Below are positions 18,890 through 26,146 of a stretch of DNA of 64,000 bases, piece by piece. The translations under genes were made by a program, and so were the position numbers. The stretch's first letter is position 1. Every line of letters starts with the position of its first letter. The notes beneath the pieces were generated by a model that made no database searches, was not told where the DNA came from, and saw only the letters and a list, made by a program, of their open reading frames with translations. This stretch comes from Patescibacteria group bacterium (lineage in GTDB: Bacteria > Patescibacteriota > Microgenomatia > UBA8517): contig JAHJHG010000009.1 in NCBI GenBank assembly GCA_018823885.1, forward strand, positions 151,751 to 215,750. Reading direction: 5' to 3'.

Positions 18890-19201
18890 TTGAACATGGA
18901 GAGAAATTTTGGGGGAGTAGTTTGGACAAATCATGCCTTGAAAAGATTAACAGAAAGAAATATTTCTCAGGGTGATGCTTGGGCAGCCTTCAGGCGTCCA
19001 GAGCAATCAGAGTATGCGAAAGCAAAAGGTGCCTGGATATATTACAAAACCTATGGGAATCAAAGAATTGAAGTTGTTGCCAAGCAAAATGAAAAAAAAG
19101 AATGGATAATTCTTTCTGTTTGGTCAAGGCAAGTTTTCAAAAAAACAAAAAAAATGGATTCTCTTGCAAAACTGCTTTGGAAGAGAATTTTTAAGAAATA
19201 G
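18890..19201 (+). CDS. DUF4258-like small protein (putative BECR-fold toxin-like RNase domain)
   Basis: WTNHALKRLTERNIS matches the DUF4258 signature (TxHAxxRMxERxI). 103 aa. No adjacent partner gene recognised. Confidence 0.5.
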   Translation: MNMERNFGGVVWTNHALKRLTERNISQGDAWAAFRRPEQSEYAKAKGAWIYYKTYGNQRIEVVAKQNEKKEWIILSVWSRQVFKKTKKMDSLAKLLWKRIFKK

Positions 19202-19231
19202 CCTTATCTTTGGTATAATAGGGTTCTTCAA

Positions 19232-19302
19232 TGCGGGATGGTGTAATGGTAGCACGCTGCTCTCTGGAAGCAGAGATTGGGGTTCGAGTCCCTGTCCCGC
19301 AG
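19232..19302 (+). tRNA. tRNA-Gln (anticodon CUG)
   Basis: Manual cloverleaf: acceptor TGCGGGA/TCCCGCA with U1:A72 (typical of bacterial tRNA-Gln). D-stem GTGT/GCAC. Anticodon stem CTGCT/AGCAG with loop CTCTGGA. T-arm TGGGG-TTCGAGT-CCCTG. Discriminator G. CCA not encoded. Confidence 0.85.
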
Positions 19303-19408
19303 CTAGTTTGGGCACCCTATTGACCCATATGCCTCGAAAAGCCCATGTTTCTCTTCAAAACTATCGATCATACTCCCAAACATTCGTACCACACCCTCAG
19401 CTTCCGGA
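19300..19408. repeat. Copy B of the ~108-bp direct repeat family, immediately 3' of tRNA-Gln
   Basis: TTGGGCACCCTATTGACCCATATG...CCAAACATTCGTACCACACCCTCAGCTTCCGGA. Its ends align with copies A and C. Confidence 0.55.
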
Positions 19409-19452
19409 TTTAATACCCCAATTTCCATTGTTGTGTTAAAATCGGAATAAAT

Positions 19453-20352
19453 ATGGCGGATTTCAAAATAACTCTGATTCTTGGAACTGAACTGGCAGGC
19501 ATAAGAAATCTTATTGATCAACTCGAAGGCTTGCATTTCGGAATATTAATAAATAGCCTCAGATGGGAAAGTCAAATCGAAGGAGAAAAAAGAAAAAAAG
19601 AATACTATAAATCGATAAAGGAAAATGTAATAAAGATTAACAAAAGAATAAAAGACTTCAATATTCTTCTAAAAAGAGCATTTGATACCAAATACTACAC
19701 GTTCAGAAAACTTGAACAAATAAAATTAAGTAGTCTGGATAAAATAATTAAGGAACACCGTGGTGAATTTCCTCGTAACAAAAAGGAAGAAAGTTACATA
19801 AAATATGTAATGGCTGAAGACAGCTCACCTTCTTCCCTCGCTAGAAAACACACTTCTGTTCTCCTAAGTAACGCTCTCCTTCCGACCAAGTTGTCTATTT
19901 CAAATTTCGCAAAGGGATTTGACAAGCTTTACGAACCGTTTGGTGATTATAATAGTTTAAATATCCGTTCTAAAACTATTAACGACATCACAAAGGCTGA
20001 AGTTTGTTATACAAACGGGTTGGCAGAAGAAGCTGTTTTCATCCTCGGCAGGACAGTCGAGAGATTGTCAATAGATTGTCTAAAACATCTAAAAAAATTA
20101 GGTAGAGTAAATAAAACTTATAGTGAAATTGACGAGCTCAATTTTGAAAACAGTATTAACTTACTCTCAAGTCCTAAAATAAAAGTTTTTAGAAAAGATC
20201 AAAAACCCAAAGCTCTCGCATTAAAGTGGGATAGAAACATTTATGGACACAAACGATCTTCACCCTCAAAAATGAAGGAGAAAGACATGGATTCCATGAT
20301 TAAAATAGGTATTAATATAATTGAAAGATTAGAAAAAAAATTAAGAAGCTAG
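19453..20352 (+). CDS. Hypothetical protein with a C-terminal HEPN-like Rx4H motif (Abi/DUF4145-like)
   Basis: 299 aa. C-terminal ALKWDRNIYGHKRS fits the HEPN Rx4-6H motif. The helical region before it is predicted by eye. No other domain recognised. Confidence 0.4.
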   Translation: MADFKITLILGTELAGIRNLIDQLEGLHFGILINSLRWESQIEGEKRKKEYYKSIKENVIKINKRIKDFNILLKRAFDTKYYTFRKLEQIKLSSLDKIIKEHRGEFPRNKKEESYIKYVMAEDSSPSSLARKHTSVLLSNALLPTKLSISNFAKGFDKLYEPFGDYNSLNIRSKTINDITKAEVCYTNGLAEEAVFILGRTVERLSIDCLKHLKKLGRVNKTYSEIDELNFENSINLLSSPKIKVFRKDQKPKALALKWDRNIYGHKRSSPSKMKEKDMDSMIKIGINIIERLEKKLRS

Positions 20353-20371
20353 GAATACTGAGACAAATCGT

Positions 20372-20806
20372 GTGTACATGACTATTGGGGATCAAATAAA
20401 GGAAAATTTCTACAGAATAGCCTCATCACTGGCTCCTAATCCCGTTGTAAAACGTGTTATACCAGAAAAATTGAAAAATTATCATGTAGTATGGGACGCT
20501 GAAACAGTAGAAGAACTCTCAACCGGTAAAAAAATTTCACGAGATAACTGGGCGCGAAAGAAAGCGAAAATCAATGGCTTCTATGACGATTTTTTGAAAG
20601 GGAATATCGAAAAGACCCAGATACTTGTAGTAAAAGATTTGGATAATCCAACTATGTTGATTGTTGATGGTATTCATAGGTCAGTGGGTTTTTATACGGC
20701 TTACCTCGAAAATCCAGAAATTGCTTCAAAAACAGATTTCACATATAAACTTTTTGAGTCAAATAAAATAAGAAAGATGTATGATTACAAAAGGTTATTT
20801 AGTTAG
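20372..20806 (+). CDS. Hypothetical protein with a ParB/sulfiredoxin-like motif
   Basis: QILVVKDLDNPTMLIVDGIHRSVGFYTAYL resembles the ParB N-terminal / Srx motif (xxVDGxHRxxA). 144 aa. Lies 19 nt downstream of the previous gene. Confidence 0.4.
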   Translation: MYMTIGDQIKENFYRIASSLAPNPVVKRVIPEKLKNYHVVWDAETVEELSTGKKISRDNWARKKAKINGFYDDFLKGNIEKTQILVVKDLDNPTMLIVDGIHRSVGFYTAYLENPEIASKTDFTYKLFESNKIRKMYDYKRLFS

Positions 20807-20852
20807 AGTTCTATGGTTTAAATTATAAGGACTAGAGAGGCCTAAGCCCACA

Positions 20853-20960
20853 AGCTCAGCCAAATTGGGCACCCTAGCGACCCATGTGCTAAGAATAACC
20901 CGAAAGTTCTTGCTTAACCTCCGTATTATTTCCAAAACATTCAGTTTACAATGCTGAACC
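20853..20960. repeat. Copy C of the ~108-bp direct repeat family
   Basis: TTGGGCACCCTAGCGACCCATGTGCTAAGAATAACCCGAAAGTTCTTG...AAACATTCAGTTTACA. About 80% identical by eye to copy A. Confidence 0.6.
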
Positions 20961-20974
20961 TCACATTTTAGTGT

Positions 20975-21823
20975 TTAGAGGTTTGAAGAGATGATTTTGA
21001 AGCAGTCACCTGTTGAAACACCCAATCCATACTGAAATCCGTCTCCCTGGCTTTCACTGGAAGAAATCGGTAAATTGATCTCAAAAGCACTTCCGGGCTC
21101 GAATTCATATTCTGGACCAAGAACTGCAGGATTAATAGTCAACAAAGGAAGTTTTTTGTTAGGAAATACGGGCGACAAACTAAGGGTGATATATTTGTCT
21201 AAAGGAGCGTCACTCACAGATCTTTCAAATGTAACCTCATCATCATTGCGGTCACGAAGACGAATAGTGTTTAAATCTCCATCAAAAACATTGATTCTAT
21301 AAAAGGAGTCAGGAACGTCATTACTTTTATCTCCATAACTGATAAAAAAGGTTGGATTTTTATTGTTATCTGTTTTGTCTTTTAATGAGAAAGTTATGGA
21401 AACCTCTCTGTCAACTAAATATTTATTTGCAGTCCACATAACCCATGAGGGAAAAGCGGGGTTCTTGGGGGGGCAATAAAATCCCTCTTTATCAGGTGTC
21501 ATTCCACTTGCAAATAACCAGTTTACGATATCAAAACTTTTACCCAGCTCATTGCCAAATTCTCCCTCGTCGCTTACTGATAAAGTGGAGCCAGTCTCGC
21601 TAGTAATAACTGTTTGACTTTGTTTTTGAACATTTGAATTTTGTACTTGAAAATCAGACCTCAAGCTAGCTATGTGCGTGTTTGCAGTATTAATTGCTGC
21701 AAAGTAGGAGAAAAGCCCTGTTATCAGGGCTGGTATAATCGCGATAAACCATCGCGAGTTTATTAACTTCCGAATTTTTACTGACCACTTATTCTTTGAA
21801 CTTTTGGGGGCAGTGTTTTTCAT
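20975..21823 (-). CDS. Hypothetical membrane-anchored exported protein
   Basis: 282 aa with an N-terminal TM helix (WFIAIIPALITGLFSYFAAI). No recognised domain. Confidence 0.5.
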   Translation of the reverse strand: MKNTAPKSSKNKWSVKIRKLINSRWFIAIIPALITGLFSYFAAINTANTHIASLRSDFQVQNSNVQKQSQTVITSETGSTLSVSDEGEFGNELGKSFDIVNWLFASGMTPDKEGFYCPPKNPAFPSWVMWTANKYLVDREVSITFSLKDKTDNNKNPTFFISYGDKSNDVPDSFYRINVFDGDLNTIRLRDRNDDEVTFERSVSDAPLDKYITLSLSPVFPNKKLPLLTINPAVLGPEYEFEPGSAFEINLPISSSESQGDGFQYGLGVSTGDCFKIISSNL

Positions 21824-22159
21824 TTATCTCCAATATATTTTTACCTCGAAGAGTCCTTTCTTGAATTCTTCGAAATTACTTTTAACATTGTCGGAAAGAG
21901 TCCAGAGTTTATCTCTATCACCAGTCAATCTAATCAGAATTTCATTTCGAAGTAATCCACTGAGTGTGGCGCCAATGGACTTTCCATACTCTTCAGAGTC
22001 AGTAGAAAGGTAAGACTTTACGTAAGGACGGAAAACTTTAGCAAAATCTGAACTTGAAAAACTGAAGTTTTTTTCGCTAGAATCCTTCATTCTCAAAATG
22101 GCCCATAAGGCTACTTGTTGAGAAAGTGGAAAGGATGTTACCGTGTTTTTTATGTCCAT
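21824..22159 (-). CDS. Hypothetical small protein (possible regulator), first gene of a two-gene minus-strand operon
   Basis: 111 aa. Abuts the downstream gene with no gap. No confident motif. Confidence 0.4.
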   Translation of the reverse strand: MDIKNTVTSFPLSQQVALWAILRMKDSSEKNFSFSSSDFAKVFRPYVKSYLSTDSEEYGKSIGATLSGLLRNEILIRLTGDRDKLWTLSDNVKSNFEEFKKGLFEVKIYWR

Positions 22160-22267
22160 AGCTCATAAGTATACCATAGAACCACAAGCAAAACAAGTAC
22201 TGTTACCATGACCTCTCTTTTAGCCTCAACTGTGGTACACTCAGAGTAATTGGTTATGGGCTCGAAA

Positions 22268-22350
22268 GGTTCTAGACCGACATGCTCAATTATCTCGGAA
22301 TCAGAACCCCAGGCACGACATCCAGTTATGGGACTGGAAGGGTCTAGACC
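22268..22350. promoter_or_regulatory. Pair of palindromic operator-like sites (GGTTCTAGACC at 22268-22278 and a perfect GGTCTAGACC at 22341-22350), each followed by a (C/G)ATGCTCA-like half-box
   Basis: 10-bp perfect palindrome. The extended motif R-G-K-TCTAGACC-N3-RKGCTCA recurs at 23808-23818 and 23855-23864. Confidence 0.3.
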
Positions 22351-22438
22351 AGAGAGCTCAGCAAAGATTTTTAGTCTCTGTTTTACGGTAAAAGTCAAAA
22401 AATATATTTTCAATATTTGCTATAATTAACATAACAGT

Positions 22439-22831
22439 ATGCAAAGTGAATGGTATCAGCAACTAATTAGACCATCATGGTCACCGCCTTCTTGGCTTTT
22501 TGGCCCAGTTTGGACTTTTCTATATCTATTAATTGTTGTTTCCTTTTTTAAAGTATTTCAATTAACTTTTCAAAAAAGAATCTCATTTATTATCGCTCTC
22601 CCGTTTATTCTTAATCTCATTTTTAACTTCGCATTTACTCCTTTACAATTTGGGTTAAGAAGCAATATCCTGGCGGCCATTGACATTCTTCTTGTCCTGA
22701 TCACTCTTGTCTGGGCGATGAAGGCAATCTATCCTCATGCAAAATGGATTACTTATATCCAAATCCCATATTTGTTGTGGGTTAGTTTTGCGACTGTTTT
22801 GCAGTTAGTCATTACTTATTTAAACCGTTAA
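22439..22831 (+). CDS. tspO: TspO/MBR-family tryptophan-rich membrane protein (short)
   Basis: WYQQLIRPSWSPPSWLFGPVWTFLY matches the TspO N-terminal signature (W..L.KP.W.PP..F.PVW..LY). Four predicted TM helices. 130 aa is short for the family. Confidence 0.55.
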   Translation: MQSEWYQQLIRPSWSPPSWLFGPVWTFLYLLIVVSFFKVFQLTFQKRISFIIALPFILNLIFNFAFTPLQFGLRSNILAAIDILLVLITLVWAMKAIYPHAKWITYIQIPYLLWVSFATVLQLVITYLNR

Positions 22832-22832
22832 G

Positions 22833-23225
22833 ATGTTTTTAAAAGCATATTTAATCACCCTGCCAGTTTTTTTGGCAATCGACTTGGTTTGGCTCAGTCT
22901 AATCGCCAGGAAATTTTACGCTCAATACCTGGGTTATTTGATGAAGGCAAACGTCAATTTTATAGCAGCCGGTCTATTTTACTTACTGTTTGTGGTTGGC
23001 TTAGTGGTTTTCTCAGTTTTACCGGCTTTGGAGAAGAACTCTTGGACCCAGGCTCTTTTTTTAGGAGCTCTGCTTGGATTTGTATCTTACGCCACCTATG
23101 ATTTGACAAACTTAGCCACTATTAAAGACTGGCCGTTGATAGTCACGATTGTGGATATGCTTTGGGGGACAGTCTTGGGGGCTTCAGTCTCTCTGGTTAG
23201 TTATTTTATTGTCACAAAAATTTAA
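22833..23225 (+). CDS. Small integral membrane protein (DUF2177-like)
   Basis: 130 aa with four hydrophobic helices. Begins 2 nt after the tspO stop. Confidence 0.4.
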   Translation: MFLKAYLITLPVFLAIDLVWLSLIARKFYAQYLGYLMKANVNFIAAGLFYLLFVVGLVVFSVLPALEKNSWTQALFLGALLGFVSYATYDLTNLATIKDWPLIVTIVDMLWGTVLGASVSLVSYFIVTKI

Positions 23226-23306
23226 AAAGTTCCAATATCGCCCCACATTCTCAGCAAAAATTATATTATCTGCTATAATTTCCCCAGATTTTGCTCGGGA
23301 ATAAAG

Positions 23307-23780
23307 ATGCCATATTATTATGTTATTAAAGGTCATACGTATGTTGGAGGGCGGGAGGTTATACATGAGGTGCTCGATCGTCGTATTTCTTTTTTGGAAA
23401 AATTGAAAGTGGGCAGAAGAGAATACGGCCTTTTTGGCTCTAAGGAAGTGGAATTAGAAGTTGATAGTCACGATAGAGTGAGAGTTACAGCCCTTAGAGA
23501 TACAACCTTAATCTTAAAAATTCACGAAGAAAATCCAGATCAGGAGGATGTTGTTGATTTAAACCATCCTCTTGTCCCAATAGGTAGTGAGTCAGGCGGA
23601 AACCAAGAATATAAAGCAATTAGATTGACAAAAGGTTCTCAGCTTGCTTTATATAGAACCTCCTTTATGGTTGGAAATAAAACTGATAGACAGATTAGGT
23701 GGGCTTCAAGCGATGACGGCTTTCAAGATGAATTATTTTCGGAATTTTGTATAAAAACACTTAATGAAGGTGGTTTTTAG
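23307..23780 (+). CDS. Hypothetical soluble protein
   Basis: 157-aa ORF. No motif recognised. Confidence 0.4.
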   Translation: MPYYYVIKGHTYVGGREVIHEVLDRRISFLEKLKVGRREYGLFGSKEVELEVDSHDRVRVTALRDTTLILKIHEENPDQEDVVDLNHPLVPIGSESGGNQEYKAIRLTKGSQLALYRTSFMVGNKTDRQIRWASSDDGFQDELFSEFCIKTLNEGGF

Positions 23781-23807
23781 AATAATAACACTATTAGATT
23801 CTAGACC

Positions 23808-23864
23808 CACTCGTTTAACTTGCTGGGAATAGACTGTAAGTAAGGGATCAAGTAGTTCTAGACC
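23808..23864. promoter_or_regulatory. Second pair of TCTAGACC palindromic sites (ATTCTAGACCC at 23808-23818; GTTCTAGACC plus TGTATGCTCAGCC at 23855-23877)
   Basis: Same extended motif as at 22268-22350. Lies between convergent genes. Confidence 0.3.
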
Positions 23865-23898
23865 TGTATGCTCAGCCACATAACACACTGAGGATTTT

Positions 23899-24324
23899 TT
23901 AGCTAAACTCCTGCGCTAGCCACTTTTTAAATTTCTCTTTTCTTTCACCTTCTAAAACAGAATCTATTGTTTTTATTATTTCAATTACAAAGTTTGAATA
24001 TTCTTTTGATAGTTTTTCACCAAGGTACTCCTCACCCAATATCTCCTCGATCTTTTTAAGAGTTTCTAATGCCTCCTCAATCTCAATTTTCTTTTCTCCC
24101 TCTTGATCAAACAAGTTTTTTATTTGATCTTTTTTTATCTGGTCAAGCTGAGTATCTGAAAGAATTTCAGAAAAAACATTCGTGAAAAATTTCTCTTGGA
24201 GTTGATTGTTGAGTTTGGTTTTCGCCTCATCGTCACTAGCTGCCAAATCAACGAATACGGTAAGTAGCTTAATTACTGAATTATAAAAGCTTTTAGGTTT
24301 GTTATCCATTTTACTATTTCTCAA
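23899..24324 (-). CDS. Hypothetical acidic coiled-coil protein
   Basis: 141-aa ORF. Distal gene of a two-gene minus-strand operon. Confidence 0.4.
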   Translation of the reverse strand: MRNSKMDNKPKSFYNSVIKLLTVFVDLAASDDEAKTKLNNQLQEKFFTNVFSEILSDTQLDQIKKDQIKNLFDQEGEKKIEIEEALETLKKIEEILGEEYLGEKLSKEYSNFVIEIIKTIDSVLEGERKEKFKKWLAQEFS

Positions 24325-24786
24325 TCACTCTCTCGCTTGAAGCCATTTTTTTACGTCCTTTTCGGCACTTTTCATCATTTTGTGATGCTTAATATCTTCT
24401 GCCACATTTTTTACTAGATTGGCAGAATACTCACCAGTCATAGCTCCTAGACCCCCAATAAGTCCTACTCCCAGCGTCGTCAATGGAAATATAATCAAAG
24501 CAAACGCACCCCCTCTCGTACCTGCATGAACAATTTCTTCAAATATCTCAGGTTTTACGAGAGTGCCGTGAATCACTGCTCCTGCGGAAGCGATAATTCC
24601 TCCTACCAACTTGGCTTTCTCTATAACATCTTCACTGATTACGTCTTCTTTAAATCTTGTGTACCAATCTTTATTAAACACTTTTTCGCTCAGAGCTTTT
24701 CGAACTTGTTCACGATTTTCTCCAATAAAATCTTCTGGTATTATATGTTCAGGGATTTCAGTAAATTCTTTAGAATTAATATTCAT
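24325..24786 (-). CDS. Hypothetical protein with a Gly-rich membrane-associated segment
   Basis: 153 aa. GGIIASAGAVIHG...LGVGLIGGLGAMTG hydrophobic Gly-zipper-like region. Confidence 0.4.
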   Translation of the reverse strand: MNINSKEFTEIPEHIIPEDFIGENREQVRKALSEKVFNKDWYTRFKEDVISEDVIEKAKLVGGIIASAGAVIHGTLVKPEIFEEIVHAGTRGGAFALIIFPLTTLGVGLIGGLGAMTGEYSANLVKNVAEDIKHHKMMKSAEKDVKKWLQARE

Positions 24787-24915
24787 TTCTTCACTTGACT
24801 TAATATCAACATTTTACTATACAGATGAAATAGAAACAATCTAGTTACGTATTAAGTTCGAAAATCATCAATTAGTCTCAGCCAAATTGAATGTCTAAAT
24901 TAAGAAAAGGATTAT

Positions 24916-25197
24916 ATGACAACAGAAGATAGAGAAATTCAAAATTTACTACCTGAAGCAAAGGAGTTTGTTCACGAAGTTAAAGATGGGGTACATAAAT
25001 ATGCAAATAGAGAATATGGGCATGCTGCCAAAAACCTCGCACTCATATTAGACGGGTGTGCTGAAGAAGGTGTTTCTCGGGAAACCCAAAGAATATTAAT
25101 GAAAGAGTTTATAGAAAGACAAATAGAAGAATTTGGTCCAAACATAATTGATTTTTTAAGAGATGAGTTAAAACTTGTAATAGAGAATGAAGATTAA
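24916..25197 (+). CDS. Hypothetical small acidic protein
   Basis: 93-aa ORF 21 nt upstream of the SET-domain gene. Confidence 0.35.
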   Translation: MTTEDREIQNLLPEAKEFVHEVKDGVHKYANREYGHAAKNLALILDGCAEEGVSRETQRILMKEFIERQIEEFGPNIIDFLRDELKLVIENED

Positions 25198-25218
25198 AGG
25201 CAGCAAATAATTGGGGGT

Positions 25219-25710
25219 ATGACAATAAGAGTGCTTTGGCCGACCCGCTCAGCCAATCTTCCCAAAGATGACAACATCTTTGCTATAATTTTCATCATGC
25301 AAAAACTTCTTGCTTCAGACAAGGTATATATTAGTAAATCAGGAATTCTTGATGCCGGTAGGGGAGTTTATGCAAGACGTGATATTAAGAAAGGTGAAAT
25401 GATTGAAAGGTGTCCAATTATTGAAGTTTCCAAAAATGATACATCCAATCTGAAAGAAAGCGTTCTTGTAACTTATTTCTTCTATTTTGGCAAAAACAAG
25501 GAACGGTTAGCGATAGTTTTAGGTTTTGGATCAATATATAACCATTCATACAAACCTAACGCAACTTATAAAATGAAATCTCGAGAAAAGACAATTGATT
25601 TTATTGCCATAGACGATATCAAGAAAGATGATGAGATTACATTTAATTATTCCAATTGCAGCAACCCAAAAGGTAAGGAAAACCCATTGTGGTTTGAAGT
25701 AAATAAATAG
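25219..25710 (+). CDS. SET-domain protein (putative protein-lysine methyltransferase)
   Basis: GRGVYARRDIKKGEMI, then the NHSCxPN-type motif YNHSYKPNA, then the ELxFDY-type motif EITFNY. 163 aa. Confidence 0.7.
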   Translation: MTIRVLWPTRSANLPKDDNIFAIIFIMQKLLASDKVYISKSGILDAGRGVYARRDIKKGEMIERCPIIEVSKNDTSNLKESVLVTYFFYFGKNKERLAIVLGFGSIYNHSYKPNATYKMKSREKTIDFIAIDDIKKDDEITFNYSNCSNPKGKENPLWFEVNK

Positions 25711-25715
25711 TTTGT

Positions 25716-25973
25716 TTGCTAAAATGTATTGTGTTTACTGTATATATCTTAAGAACCGATAAGAACACTCTTTATACGGGGCAAACCAAAGACCTTGTGG
25801 CTCGCCTAGGAAAACATACATTAGGAAAGGGAGCAAAATACGTAAGAGGATTTAAATCTTTTGAGTTGGTTTACACAGAAAAATTTAAAACTCGTTCAGA
25901 AGCCTTAAAGCGAGAGCATGAGTTAAAGAAATTATCAAAACAAGAAAAAGAAAATCTAATAGCTGCCCTATAG
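25716..25973 (+). CDS. GIY-YIG nuclease superfamily protein (YhbQ/UPF0213-like), paralog of 4122-4424
   Basis: VYILRTDKNTLYTGQTKDLVARLGKH and the C-terminal RSEALKREHELK. Begins 5 nt after the SET gene stop. Confidence 0.7.
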   Translation: MLKCIVFTVYILRTDKNTLYTGQTKDLVARLGKHTLGKGAKYVRGFKSFELVYTEKFKTRSEALKREHELKKLSKQEKENLIAAL

Positions 25974-26146
25974 TTTCTTGACAAATGTTTTTAATCTGTT
26001 ACACTGACATCTGTTCCGTTAACTCGGAACCAAAGACTGTTTTTTTAATTTGATTTAAGTCGGTAAGTAAGGGTACCCCAGAAACTACTTTTAACACGTA
26101 TCTTTCCTTCAAACACTTGCATTCCCATTAATATAAGCAGTTTCGT

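Noticed and set aside
18514-18890. tmRNA, RNase P RNA or SRP RNA identity for the structured intergenic region
   Set aside because: I found a tag-like AEQSAGGGTAYAV plus double stop on the minus strand, but no tRNA-like domain (no T-arm, no CCA-proximal acceptor), no RNase P P4 consensus (GGAAAGTCCGG / ACAGAANNCGGCTTA) and no SRP domain IV motif. Identity is left open rather than asserted.
19164-19439. 91-aa plus-strand ORF spanning tRNA-Gln and repeat copy B
   Set aside because: It overlaps a well-folded tRNA and a repeat element. Its translation is Cys/Gly-rich nonsense. It is an artefact of the ORF finder.
22150-22413. 87-aa minus-strand ORF over the palindromic-site region
   Set aside because: It overlaps the GGTCTAGACC motif cluster and the upstream gene's start, with no motif support. 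It is more likely non-coding regulatory DNA.
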